A DNA stretch of 64,000 bases, taken from NCBI GenBank assembly GCA_039588295.1, contig JBDHAB010000008.1, positions 24,289-88,288 on the forward strand, read 5' to 3'. Position 1 is the first letter of the stretch; the number at the start of each line of letters is the position of its first letter. The notes beneath the pieces were generated by a model, which saw only the letters and a list, made by a program, of their open reading frames with translations, ran no database searches and was not told where the DNA came from. Positions 46,528 to 55,924 of this stretch are shown here, piece after piece. Source of the DNA: Gemmatimonadota bacterium. GTDB lineage: Bacteria > Gemmatimonadota > Gemmatimonadetes > Gemmatimonadales > GWC2-71-9. The position numbers and the translations under genes were made by a program.

Positions 46528-47773
46528 AGTCGTCACGGTAGGGACGGAACTCCTCCTCGGATTCACCATCGACAGCAACGCAGCAGACATCGCCCGCGCG
46601 CTCGCGGAGGTCGGAGTACGGGTGGTTCGGCGTGTCACCGTCGCCGACGATGAAGCAGCGATTCGTGATGCGGTCGCCGGTGCCTTGCGACGGAGTGGCA
46701 CCGTGATCACGACCGGGGGTCTGGGACCCACGAGCGACGACCGGACCAAGAGGGTGGTTGCCCGGCTCTTTCAGGCTCCTCTGGAACTCGACGAGTCGTA
46801 TCTCGAGGAACTGACGCACCGGTTTGCCCAGTTCAAGCGCGGCCCGATGCCGCCCAGCAACCGGTCACAAGCCGAGGTCCCGCAGGGTGCGACCGTATTG
46901 CCCAACCGCCGCGGCACGGCACCGGGCCTCATCCTGGATGGGCCGCTCGGCACCGTGGTGCTCATGCCGGGTGTCCCGCACGAGATGCGAGTCATGCTTA
47001 ACGAGCAGGTACTGCCGCTCCTCACGGCGCGGCGCGAAGCGTCCGGGGAACCCGCCCTCGTGATCCGCTCCCGGACGTTGCGGACCACGGGCGTAACGGA
47101 ATCTGGCCTCGCGAGCGCGCTCATGGATGCGGAGGGCCGACTCGAAAGTGTCTCTGTGGCGTACCTCCCCGGCGTGGCCGGTGTCGATCTCCGCCTCACG
47201 GCCCGGCGCCTGTCGGCCAGCGCCGCCGAGGAGGCGCTGGACCGGGCCAGCCACCACCTCGTTTCGCTGCTTGGCGCCCGGTACTACGGCCGCGACGATA
47301 CCGACCTGGCCGCCGTGGTGCTCGACGCCCTGCGGCGCCGAGATCAGACCCTCGCCGTGGCCGAGTCGTGCACCGGGGGTCTCGTTGGCGAGAGAATCAC
47401 GGCCATTCCCGGAGCCTCTGACGTGTTCCTGGGTGGCACGATCGCGTATGCGAACGCCTCCAAGGTGCGGGACCTGGGAGTGCCGGCGGCCCTGCTCGAA
47501 TCGGAGGGGGCGGTCAGTGAGGCGGTGGCGCTGGAGATGGCCTGTGGCGTGGCCCAGCGGTTCCGAGCCACGGCTGCCCTCGGGGTCACAGGGATCGCCG
47601 GCCCCGGCGGAGCCACGCCGGGCAAGCCCGTGGGGACCGTCTGGCTCGCAGGAAAGGTCCAGCACCGCGAACGGGCCGTTGGGTACCGGATCCCGGGCGG
47701 CCGCCGGGAGGTGCGCGGGAGGGCCGCGCAGGCGGCTCTGGACCTCCTTCGCGGGCTGTTGGTGCCCGAATAA
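46517..47773 (+). CDS. cinA: competence/damage-inducible protein CinA (MoCF-binding domain + nicotinamide-nucleotide amidohydrolase PncC domain)
   Basis: VVTVGTELLLG.T.DSNA, TTGGLGPTSDD, C-terminal AVAESCTGGL and GVTGIAGPGG. Overlaps the pgsA 3' end by 11 nt. Confidence 0.9.
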   Translation: MDLEVVTVGTELLLGFTIDSNAADIARALAEVGVRVVRRVTVADDEAAIRDAVAGALRRSGTVITTGGLGPTSDDRTKRVVARLFQAPLELDESYLEELTHRFAQFKRGPMPPSNRSQAEVPQGATVLPNRRGTAPGLILDGPLGTVVLMPGVPHEMRVMLNEQVLPLLTARREASGEPALVIRSRTLRTTGVTESGLASALMDAEGRLESVSVAYLPGVAGVDLRLTARRLSASAAEEALDRASHHLVSLLGARYYGRDDTDLAAVVLDALRRRDQTLAVAESCTGGLVGERITAIPGASDVFLGGTIAYANASKVRDLGVPAALLESEGAVSEAVALEMACGVAQRFRATAALGVTGIAGPGGATPGKPVGTVWLAGKVQHRERAVGYRIPGGRREVRGRAAQAALDLLRGLLVPE

Positions 47774-47869
47774 CTCCTGCCAAGGCGGCAGGCAGCGTTG
47801 GTACGATCCTTGTCTAGAACGCTATTATTCGTGGCTATCCCTGACGAAGACCTGAATACGAGCAGAGGC

Positions 47870-48532
47870 ATGGGGAAGAAGAAGCGACGCGAGATCGACG
47901 AACGCGAGACTGACCACCAACTCACCGCTGAAGCCGCAGAGACCGCCGAGAGCGTGGAGCCGGACGCTGGGCTGAAGGAGGCTGAGGCACCGGCCGCGGC
48001 TGCCGACACGGCGGTGGCGGGCGTGGGCCACATGGAGCTCGTGGAACCGCCGGAGGAGGCCGTTCGCCGCCTGCGGGAAGAACTTGACGGACTCAACGAC
48101 CGGTATCTCCGCCTGGCCGCGGAGTTCGACAACTTCCGCAAGCGCGCGATCCGCGAGCGGGGGGAGCTACGCCACCGCGCACAGGGGGATCTCGTTCGCG
48201 GCATGCTGGAGGGCCTGGATGATCTCGGGCGCGTCGCGGATCTTCAAGCCGATGAGACACGAGTTGGCGATGTCATCGAGGGTGTGCGGTTGGTCGAGCG
48301 GAAGCTGTTGCAGGAGTTGGGGCAGATGGGGCTCGAACGGGTCGGCTCGAAGGGGGAGGTGTTCGACCCCAACCAGCACGAGGCGGTCGGTGCGCTTCCA
48401 CTGAGCGGCGATGGGGAGGAAGGGACCGTTGGTGCGGTGTTGCAGCCTGGCTACCGCTTCGCTGGTGGTCTGGTGCGGCCAGCCCGGGTCATGGTGCTGG
48501 TCGCGACCGAGGACCTGGCCGCTGAGGAGTGA
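47870..48532 (+). CDS. grpE: nucleotide exchange factor GrpE
   Basis: RLAAEFDNFRKR, LDDL.RV, FDPN.HEAV, GYRF.G.LVRPA.V. ATG at 47870 preferred to the ORF-track start at 47798. Confidence 0.9.
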   Translation: MGKKKRREIDERETDHQLTAEAAETAESVEPDAGLKEAEAPAAAADTAVAGVGHMELVEPPEEAVRRLREELDGLNDRYLRLAAEFDNFRKRAIRERGELRHRAQGDLVRGMLEGLDDLGRVADLQADETRVGDVIEGVRLVERKLLQELGQMGLERVGSKGEVFDPNQHEAVGALPLSGDGEEGTVGAVLQPGYRFAGGLVRPARVMVLVATEDLAAEE

Positions 48533-48542
48533 GGGGTAGGGA

Positions 48543-49634
48543 ATGCCGGCAGCGAAGGACTACTACCAGGTCCTGGGTGTTTCCGAGAAGGCGTCGGAGG
48601 CGGAGATCAAGAAGGCCTATCGCAACCTCGCGAAGCGATACCATCCCGACAAGAATCCAGACAACAAAGCGGCGTCAGAGCGGTTCAAGGACATCGGGGA
48701 GGCGTACTCCGTCCTGAGCGACCCCGAGCAGCGCAAGCGGTACGACACCATGCGCAAGTTCGGAGCGTTCGCGCCGGGTGGGAGTGCGTGGTCGCGTCGG
48801 GCGGAACCCAGCGGCGCCGGGAGATTCGAGGATGTCGACTTCGGAGGGTTCCCCGGGTTCGGGGGGCTTGGCGACCTCTTCTCCTCGATCTTCGGGCGCG
48901 GCAAGCGCGCGTCGGCGGCGGAGCCCATCGAGGTGACCGCGGAGATCCCGTTCAAGGTCGCCGCCCTGGGCGGCAAGGTACCCGTGACGGTGGGTGTCAC
49001 CGAGGCCTGTCCCCAGTGTGGCGGATCCGGCGCTGCTCCCAAGGCTCAGATCAATACCTGTCAGGAATGCAAGGGCCAGGGCACGGTCACCTTCGGCCAG
49101 GGCGGCTTCGCGGTTACTCGGCCGTGCCCGGCCTGCCGCGGCCGCGGCAAGATCCCCAGCGAGTCATGTTCGAAGTGTGCTGGCCAGGGAGAGGTTTCGG
49201 TTAACAAGCGCCTGCTGGTGACGGTCGCTGCGGGTACCGACTCGGGCCAACGTGTGCGGCTCAAGGGCCAGGGCCAGCGCAGTGGGGACGGTGGCCCGGC
49301 CGGGGATCTCATCGTGACCTTTCAGGTTCAGCCGGATCGGTTCTTCCGCCGGGAGGGACTCAGCATTCACTGCACCGTCCCGGTGAATCTCGTGCAAGCG
49401 GCGCTCGGGACGAAGATCAAGGTGCGCACGCTCGATGGACGGCGAGTAGTGCTCAAGGTCCCCCCCGGCACCCAACCCGGTCGCAAGTTCCGTATTCGTG
49501 GCCAGGGCATAACGAAGAACGAGACCCGCGGAGATCAGATCGTCGAAATTGCCGTCACGATTCCGGAGAACCTCAGTGCCGAGCAAGAAGCGGTCTTGAA
49601 GGAGTTCGCAGACCAGGCCGGTCTGCGTCACTGA
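48543..49634 (+). CDS. dnaJ: molecular chaperone DnaJ (J domain, G/F region, four CxxCxGxG repeats)
   Basis: [41 protein letters not shown] / CQECKGQG / CPACRGRG / CSKCAGQG. Confidence 0.88.
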   Translation: MPAAKDYYQVLGVSEKASEAEIKKAYRNLAKRYHPDKNPDNKAASERFKDIGEAYSVLSDPEQRKRYDTMRKFGAFAPGGSAWSRRAEPSGAGRFEDVDFGGFPGFGGLGDLFSSIFGRGKRASAAEPIEVTAEIPFKVAALGGKVPVTVGVTEACPQCGGSGAAPKAQINTCQECKGQGTVTFGQGGFAVTRPCPACRGRGKIPSESCSKCAGQGEVSVNKRLLVTVAAGTDSGQRVRLKGQGQRSGDGGPAGDLIVTFQVQPDRFFRREGLSIHCTVPVNLVQAALGTKIKVRTLDGRRVVLKVPPGTQPGRKFRIRGQGITKNETRGDQIVEIAVTIPENLSAEQEAVLKEFADQAGLRH

Positions 49635-49638
49635 GCCG

Positions 49639-50418
49639 CTAGTCGCTGCCCCAACGCGCGGCGCTGTCAGGCTCGATTTCCCCCATCCGACTTACCACGA
49701 ACGTGGCTGAGGTGCCGGGTACGGACCAGCGGAGGACTTCACCGGTGATCCGGTCCAGGGTATACGCGTAGAACTGGCTCAGCCCTGCTTCGCCCGCCAG
49801 CACATGGATGCGGCCCAGTGCATCGACCGCGAGGTCCGTCATGTAGGCCGTTCCCTCCCACTGCCAGGGAAGCCGCCAGCGGATGTTGCCGTTCGCGTTG
49901 TACAGCGTGATCGCCTGGTCCGGTATGGCGTGCAGCACGCCGCCGAGCGCGGCGACGAGGAAGCCCGTACGGGCACTTTGCTCCACGACCGCGAACGTTG
50001 TCAGGCTGTCCTGAGAGAGCGTCACGAGCCGCCCACCTGGGGCCTCGAGCACGATCCGCCCATCCGGGAGGATGGCGAACTGATGCGGCGCCGTGGCGAT
50101 GGTGTCGACTCGAAGACGGCGCACGACGTCCCACTGCGACGAGAATGTGACGATCCAGGAGCCGTCCGCGGTCACGTCGGACACGTACCACTGGCCGTTG
50201 TGCTCCTGAATGTGATGTGGGCTGTGCAGGGCTTGATCGCCTCGGGTGAAGACGGCGCCCGTGCTCCGTTCGCGGAGCACGATGTCGCTCGATCCCTGCC
50301 TGGTGAGAGCGAGTACGGTGTCGCCAGCAGCTGCCACCGCCCGCCCGTCGACGAAGATCGGAGAGCCCGAAGGCCGCGACGTGCCGCACGCCGTCACGAT
50401 CGTGACGGCGGCGAGCAC
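49639..50418 (-). CDS. hypothetical lipoprotein, beta-propeller-like
   Basis: GTG start, short signal M-LAAVTIVTA|C. Beta-rich repeats. No motif recognised. Confidence 0.5.
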   Translation of the reverse strand: MLAAVTIVTACGTSRPSGSPIFVDGRAVAAAGDTVLALTRQGSSDIVLRERSTGAVFTRGDQALHSPHHIQEHNGQWYVSDVTADGSWIVTFSSQWDVVRRLRVDTIATAPHQFAILPDGRIVLEAPGGRLVTLSQDSLTTFAVVEQSARTGFLVAALGGVLHAIPDQAITLYNANGNIRWRLPWQWEGTAYMTDLAVDALGRIHVLAGEAGLSQFYAYTLDRITGEVLRWSVPGTSATFVVSRMGEIEPDSAARWGSD

Positions 50419-50444
50419 GCCGCGCTTGGCACTCCGGTGCCGAC

Positions 50445-51527
50445 TTAGAAAGCGATAATACTCACCTGCAGCACCAGATACGCCGGTGCCAACAGATCGT
50501 CGAAGGAATCCAGGAACGCTCCGACAGCCTCGAAGATCTCGCGTAACGCCTCCAGCTGCTCCGCTGTGAGCGGGTTGTTGTCGGCGTCGGTGAACACCGG
50601 CGCAGCCGGCGTTCCGGAGATCTGGACCACGAGGTTGCTGTTGTGCGTGATCGTCCCGCTGAGAGCGGTCTCCGTCGCCGTTACGTCCAGCTCCACGGTG
50701 TTTCCGTCGTGCTGGATCGTAAAGGTAATGGCCAGCACCGCGTCTTGGGGATCGACGTTCAGGATCAGTCGCAGCAACGCATCGGAGTTTCTTGCATCGA
50801 GCGAGTAGTCGACCGTCAGTCCCTCGGTGGACGACCAGACATGCGACAACACGAAATCGACGACGTGCGTCCCGTCGGAGATGAATCCGTCCGCTGTGAA
50901 CGTGACGTCTGACGTGGTGACGACCGCACTCGCGGTGTAGTCGAGGTAGGTCACGCCTTGGAGGACCACGACGACGCCCAACTGATCAGCGGCAGGCGTC
51001 GACTCGTCGGTCAACTCGACGTGCCCGATGTCATCCAGTGGGATCACCGGACTGTGGAAGATCGGGTCGACCGCATAGAGCTTGACCCAAATCCCATTGG
51101 CTGGTGCGCCGGTGCTGTCCGGGGCGATCTCGTACTGCTCGGTCGCCGGATTGTAGATCAGCGTCTTCCCAAGGAAATCGGCTGGGAAGATCACCGCCGG
51201 ATTGGCCGGATTCAGGAACGGCGCGATCCGGTGGAACAGCGGCAGCTGTTCTTCCACCCAGCTCGGAGCGCTCGGGCCCTCGACCACGGGCGCCAACGCC
51301 GGGGCGCTGCCTCCGAGCGACGGGAGTGCCCAGGCCAGGACCTCCATTGACTGCAGGGCCGGGTTTTGGTCGAATGCGACGAGCGCCTCGGACGTAGCCG
51401 CGTTGGTGGCGACCGGGTCGAACTCGCCGCCGGGTCCGGTCGAGTCGCTGCAGGCGCCCACGGCGAGCGCCAGCGCCAGCGCCGGGAGCCAGGCTCGGCC
51501 CCGGTTTCTTGTGACGTTTCTCAGCAT
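50445..51527 (-). CDS. hypothetical lipoprotein (360 aa)
   Basis: Signal plus lipobox RGRAWLPALALALAVGA|C. Thr/Val/Asp-rich beta-type sequence. No motif recognised. Confidence 0.55.
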   Translation of the reverse strand: MLRNVTRNRGRAWLPALALALAVGACSDSTGPGGEFDPVATNAATSEALVAFDQNPALQSMEVLAWALPSLGGSAPALAPVVEGPSAPSWVEEQLPLFHRIAPFLNPANPAVIFPADFLGKTLIYNPATEQYEIAPDSTGAPANGIWVKLYAVDPIFHSPVIPLDDIGHVELTDESTPAADQLGVVVVLQGVTYLDYTASAVVTTSDVTFTADGFISDGTHVVDFVLSHVWSSTEGLTVDYSLDARNSDALLRLILNVDPQDAVLAITFTIQHDGNTVELDVTATETALSGTITHNSNLVVQISGTPAAPVFTDADNNPLTAEQLEALREIFEAVGAFLDSFDDLLAPAYLVLQVSIIAF

Positions 51528-51703
51528 CCTTCACTCCTCGTTGAGGCCAGTAGGTGCCTTTGGGCTGCTTTCAGCCAAGCTAAAGCCTTGTGGGGTAGTG
51601 CGATGTGATGCCGCCCACGGGCGGGGGGTGTCCGGGGTCGCACGCCCAGGAATCGCGGTCGACGGGGCTTCGGCGTTATCCTGCGGGCCCTAGCACAAGG
51701 GAC

Positions 51704-52553
51704 ATGCGAATCGTGAGCGTCTTCTACACCGATCAGTTTCCCCTGCCGCTCCGACCCAGACACCGGTTCCCGAGCGCGAAGTACCGGCTGCTCCGGGAAC
51801 GCCTTGTTCGGGACGCCGTGCTACAGCCGGCGCAGCTGAGGGTGCCGGCCGCTGCCAGCGATGAAGAGCTCCATGGCGCCCATGCGCCGGAGTACGTCCA
51901 CCGGGTCACGACGGGCGAGCTCGGTGCGGCTGAAATCCGACGAATTGGCTTTCCATGGTCGGCGGAGCTGGTGGAGCGCTCGCGTCGCTCCGTCGGGGCG
52001 ACCACGGCAGCCTGCCGCGCCGCGCTCGACGATGGTATGGCGGTCACCCTCGCCGGCGGAACGCACCACGCCCACGCCGATCGCGGCCGCACGTCGTGTC
52101 GTGATCCTCGATTGCGACGTGCATCAGGGAAATGGCACCGCCGCGATCTTTCGGAATGACCGGTCCGTGTTCACGTTCGCGATCTTTGCAGACCGCAATT
52201 TCCCGTTCGCCAAGGAACCGAGCGACCTCGACGTGCCGCTCATCGATGGCACGACGGACGAGGGCTACCTCGAGGCGCTCGATGGCGGGGTGCGCCGGGC
52301 GCTGGAGCGGGCCGCCGCCGATCTCGCGGTCTACCTGGCGGGTGCCGACCCCTTCGAGGGCGATCGGCTCGGCCGACTTGCGGTCACCAAGGCGGGGCTC
52401 GCGGCGCGGGATCGCCTCGTGTTGGACCGGTGTCGCAACGTCGGCATTCCCGTGGCAATCGCCATGGCCGGCGGGTATGCCCATGACATTGACGACACCG
52501 TGGACATTCACGTCGAGACCGTTCGGGCAGCGGGGCGGTTCGCGGAGCGATAG
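51704..52553 (+). pseudogene. HDAC-family (class IV/HDAC11-like bacterial deacetylase) gene disrupted by internal out-of-frame deletion
   Basis: Frame A (51704..52159) reads MRIVSVFYTDQF.LPL...HRFP..KY...IRRIGFPWS.ELVERSRRSVG....LAGGTHHAHADRG, then nonsense. Frame B (to 52553) resumes at RRVVILDCDVHQGNGTAAIF...LAGADPFEGDRLG...GGY. The ~20-residue block that normally lies between them (GFC.FND...) is absent. The junction is near 52083-52092. Confidence 0.7.
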
Positions 52554-52672
52554 CCTCTGCGCAGCCGGGAAGATTCACCCGGCACGGCTCGCCGGTGTAC
52601 CTACCCCGGTGCGGTCGGCTCGTCCTATCTTGAGCCAGGCGTCACACGCTTCCTCTGCTGGGAGAAACGCGG

Positions 52673-53089
52673 ATGTCGACTTCTCGTCGCTGGACCTTCA
52701 CCCTCGAAGCGGAGTACGGGCATCGCAACATCAGCGGTGAGGTAGAAGCGCTCGTCGCGGACTCCGGCGTCCAGACGGGCATTGTCGCGGTGCAGCTCAC
52801 GGGCTCCACTGGGGCGATCACTACGATCGAGTATGAGCGGGGTGCCCTCTGGGATCTCCGCCGCGCCCTCGACCAGATTGCGCCGGCCAACGAGGACTAC
52901 GCGCACAACGAGGCCTATCACGATGGGAACGGGTTCTCCCATGTGAGATCCGCGCTGCTGAAGACGAGCGTGGCGATTCCAATCATCAACGGCAAACTGC
53001 AACTCGGCACGTGGCAGGAGGTCCTGCTACTGAATCTGGACAACCGGGAGCGGAGCCGCGAAGTGGTCGCAGTGGTGGTTGGCTCGTAG
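52673..53089 (+). CDS. YjbQ/UPF0047-family protein (secondary thiamine-phosphate synthase-type)
   Basis: ITGEV-like N-terminus, TGAITTIEYE, NG.SH.RSALL..SV.IPI..GKL.LGTWQ...L...D. Confidence 0.85.
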   Translation: MSTSRRWTFTLEAEYGHRNISGEVEALVADSGVQTGIVAVQLTGSTGAITTIEYERGALWDLRRALDQIAPANEDYAHNEAYHDGNGFSHVRSALLKTSVAIPIINGKLQLGTWQEVLLLNLDNRERSREVVAVVVGS

Positions 53090-53098
53090 CTGCCAGTC

Positions 53099-53118
53099 CG
53101 CCGGGGAGCATCCCGGCG
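53099..53118. terminator. short GC hairpin between convergent yjbQ-like and DUF360 genes
   Basis: cgccggg-gagcat-cccggcg, a 7-bp stem. No U-tract. Confidence 0.25.
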
Positions 53119-53127
53119 CTTCGAGGA

Positions 53128-53511
53128 CTACGAGTCTCGCGGACCGGCCTTCCAGACCTCTACGCGGCCACGGCTGCCGACAAATGCATTTCCCGCCCAG
53201 GCCGTGAGCCCCACGATCACCGATGCAAGGACCGCGGCCACCAAGCCGTCGATGTGGAACGTCGGCAGGAGGGCGGCGACGAGCAGGAGCATGGCGCCGT
53301 TCACCACAAAGAGAAAGAGGCCCAGCGTCACGAGCGTCAGTGGAAGCGTGAGGAAGATGACCACCGGCCGGACGAACGCGTTGACCAGGCCCAACAGCAG
53401 TGCGGCAAACCACAGCGCGACCACGCTGTCGAACCGCACGCCGGCGAGCACCATGTCGGCCATCCAGAGGCCAAAGGCGGTAACGAACAGTCGGGCAATG
53501 AGTCCGCGCAT
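53128..53511 (-). CDS. DUF360 / 'phage holin family 4'-type small membrane protein (127 aa)
   Basis: ATG at 53511. Four hydrophobic helices with LLGLVNAFVRPVV.FLTLPLTL.TLGLF..VVNG, as in YvlD/DUF360 proteins. The ORF-track extension to 53808 is antisense to the ABC ATPase gene. Confidence 0.75.
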   Translation of the reverse strand: MRGLIARLFVTAFGLWMADMVLAGVRFDSVVALWFAALLLGLVNAFVRPVVIFLTLPLTLVTLGLFLFVVNGAMLLLVAALLPTFHIDGLVAAVLASVIVGLTAWAGNAFVGSRGRVEVWKAGPRDS

Positions 53512-53644
53512 CCGGGGGCCCTCTTCCGGCCGACGACCGAGAAAGTATCGAGTCGACGGAACCTCACCTGCTCCCGAAGACCAGTCAAGCCAACCCACCC
53601 GCAGGGTTGACGCCTCCCGCGCCGATGCCGTAGCCTCCCTCACC

Positions 53645-54364
53645 ATGGTGGTGGAGTTCCACGACGCGACGTTCTCACTGGCCGGCCGCACGCTAGTCGG
53701 TCCGTTGAGCCTCGCAGTCCGGCGTGGCGAAACGCTGGTGCTGCTTGGCGCGAGCGGGTCGGGGAAGACGACGACGCTCCGACTCGTGAACGCCCTCCTG
53801 CTGCCCACGTCCGGGGAGGTTTCGGTGCTCGATCGACCGACTCGCTCGTGGGATCCCGTCGGGCTCCGCCGGTCGATCGGCTACGTGATTCAGGACATCG
53901 GGCTGCTACCGCATCTGTCGGTGGCGCGCAATGTCGGCTTGGTGCCGCGCCTCGAAGGGTGGCCGGCTGACCGCGTGAGGGATCGGGTCCGAGAACTCCT
54001 GGCGCTTGTCGGGCTGCCGCCAGAGGAGTTTGCGGGGCGGTTTCCGCACGAGCTTTCCGGAGGGCAGCGCCAGCGCGTCGGAGTGGCACGGGCCCTCGGC
54101 GCGGATCCGCCGATCCTGCTGTGCGACGAGCCCTTTGGCGCGGTGGACCCCATCACGCGCGCTGAGCTGCAGCGCGAGTTCCGAACGCTGGCCGCAAGGC
54201 TGCAAAAGACGGTCGTGTTCGTCACGCACGACGTGCGCGAGGCGTTGCGACTCGGAGACACGGTCGCCCTCCTCGATGGTGGGCGTGTCACGTTCCTCGG
54301 AACGGTGGGGGACTTCCGAAAGAGCGAGGATCCCACCGTCACAGCCTTTCGGGAGCTGATGTGA
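53645..54364 (+). CDS. ABC transporter ATP-binding protein (osmoprotectant/choline-glycine betaine OpuC-type)
   Basis: Walker A GASGSGKTT, Q-loop, signature LSGGQRQRV, Walker B ILLCDEPFGAVD, H-loop VTHD. ATG at 53645. Confidence 0.9.
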   Translation: MVVEFHDATFSLAGRTLVGPLSLAVRRGETLVLLGASGSGKTTTLRLVNALLLPTSGEVSVLDRPTRSWDPVGLRRSIGYVIQDIGLLPHLSVARNVGLVPRLEGWPADRVRDRVRELLALVGLPPEEFAGRFPHELSGGQRQRVGVARALGADPPILLCDEPFGAVDPITRAELQREFRTLAARLQKTVVFVTHDVREALRLGDTVALLDGGRVTFLGTVGDFRKSEDPTVTAFRELM

Positions 54365-54999
54365 GCTTCGTGACGTTCATGGTGGAGCACGCGGACGAGG
54401 TGGGGTATCGTACCCTCCAGCACCTCCTGCTTGTCGGTGTGTCGACCGTGCTCGCAGTGGGGATCGGGGTGCCGCTCGGCGTGGTGGTGAGTCGCAGCCC
54501 TCGGCTGCGCCGGCCCGTGCTCGCGACGACCAACATCTTCCAGACCGTACCGAGTCTCGCGCTATTCGGGTTTCTGCTCCCGCTGCCGCTGATCGGCGGC
54601 ATTGGAGCAAAGACGGCAATCGTGGCGCTCATCGTGTACGCCCTGCTCCCGATCGTGCGCAACACCTATACGGGAATCACGGGCGTCGATCCCGCGGTTC
54701 GAGACGCAGCCCGGGGTATGGGCATGACCGATCAAGAGCTGCTGCGCCTGGTCGAGCTCCCCCTGGCCGCGCCCGTCATCCTGGCCGGGATACGGGTTGC
54801 CACGGTCATCGGTGTCGGAATCGCCACGATTGCGGCGGCGATCGGCGCCGGCGGGCTCGGTGACTTCATCTTCCGCGGACTCGCCATGGTGGACAACGAC
54901 GTGATTCTGGCTGGTGCCCTACCCGCAGCGCTCCTCGCCCTGCTCCTCGATGCCGCGCTCCACATGGTGGAGCGCCGGTTCGATTGGAGAACTCGATGA
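54361..54999 (+). CDS. ABC transporter permease (OpuCB/ProW-type)
   Basis: Five to six TM helices. IFQTVPSLALFG and the EAA-like A..GMG......L..VELPLA.P.I..G motif. GTGA overlap with the ATPase stop. Confidence 0.88.
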   Translation: MSFVTFMVEHADEVGYRTLQHLLLVGVSTVLAVGIGVPLGVVVSRSPRLRRPVLATTNIFQTVPSLALFGFLLPLPLIGGIGAKTAIVALIVYALLPIVRNTYTGITGVDPAVRDAARGMGMTDQELLRLVELPLAAPVILAGIRVATVIGVGIATIAAAIGAGGLGDFIFRGLAMVDNDVILAGALPAALLALLLDAALHMVERRFDWRTR

Positions 55000-55889
55000 G
55001 ATCGCGAGGGCCGGGAGTGTTGGGTTGGGCGGTCGTGACGCTCGTCCTCGGAGTCGCATGGTCGAGCTGCGGCGGGGGTCGCGAAGTCATCACGGTAGCG
55101 TCGAAGAACTTCACGGAGTCGGTGCTACTGGGAGAGATCGTCGCACAGCAGCTCGAGCGACACGGCTTTGCCGTGGATCGGCGCCTCAACCTGGGTGGCA
55201 CGTTCATCTGTCATCACGCGCTCACGGCGGGACAGGCCGACGTCTACGTCGAATACACGGGAACTGCGCACGCGGCGATCTTGGAGCGGCCGCCGGAGCG
55301 CGATGCCGCGCGTGTCCGGCAAGCGGTCGACAGCATCTATCGCGCGCGGTGGGATCTGGAGTGGCTAGTTCCGTTCGGGTTCGAGAATACCTTCGCCATC
55401 TTGGTGCGAGGTGCGGACGCGCGACGTCTGGGTATCGCAACCCTGTCGGAGGCGACCGAATACTCGCGCGAGTGGCGTCCCGGATTCGGGTACGAGTTCG
55501 TTGAGCGCCAGGACGGCTTTCGCGGGCTCGTCGAGACCTACGGCCTGGTCTTCGCCCGCCCGCCAGCGGTCATGGACCTTGGCCTCACGTATCGGGCGCT
55601 CGCCGGTGGACAGGTGGACCTCATTGCAGGGAACTCCACTGACGGGAACATCGATGCACTCGATCTGGTGCAACTGATCGATGACATGGGGTACTTCCCG
55701 CCGTACGAGGCGGTACCGGTGGTGAGGACCGAGGCGCTGGGCCGGCATCCGCAACTCCGGAAGGCACTCGAGGACCTCGGGGGGACGATCGACGCGAGGG
55801 TGATGCGTCGGCTCAACCGCCTCGTGGATGTGGATCGCCGCGCCGTGCGCGACGTGGCCCGCGAATTCCTCGAGACCCCACATCGGTAG
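54996..55889 (+). CDS. glycine betaine/choline-type substrate-binding lipoprotein (OpuAC-fold)
   Basis: Signal plus lipobox VVTLVLGVAWSS|C. ITVASKNFTES.LLGEI.AQ.LE, YVEYTGTA, DD...FPPY..VPVVR. ATG at 54996 overlaps the permease stop. Confidence 0.85.
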   Translation: MRSRGPGVLGWAVVTLVLGVAWSSCGGGREVITVASKNFTESVLLGEIVAQQLERHGFAVDRRLNLGGTFICHHALTAGQADVYVEYTGTAHAAILERPPERDAARVRQAVDSIYRARWDLEWLVPFGFENTFAILVRGADARRLGIATLSEATEYSREWRPGFGYEFVERQDGFRGLVETYGLVFARPPAVMDLGLTYRALAGGQVDLIAGNSTDGNIDALDLVQLIDDMGYFPPYEAVPVVRTEALGRHPQLRKALEDLGGTIDARVMRRLNRLVDVDRRAVRDVAREFLETPHR

Positions 55890-55924
55890 CGACGCAGGGT
55901 GTCTGGAGGTCTGCCGGGGCGCTG

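Noticed and set aside
52083-52090. NotI site (GCGGCCGC) exactly at the HDAC deletion junction as a sign of engineering
   Set aside because: GC-rich 8-mers of this type are expected by chance in such a genome. No vector, scar or marker sequence is nearby.
52554-52672. TPP riboswitch ahead of the YjbQ-like (thiamine-related) gene
   Set aside because: No CUGAGA / ACCUGAUCUGGAUAAUGCCAGCG-type core is present, and the interval is short and GC-rich without the expected helices.
53128-53511. 'Phage holin family 4' gene as a prophage indicator
   Set aside because: DUF360/YvlD proteins are widespread chromosomal membrane proteins. No lysin, capsid, terminase or integrase gene is anywhere in the window.
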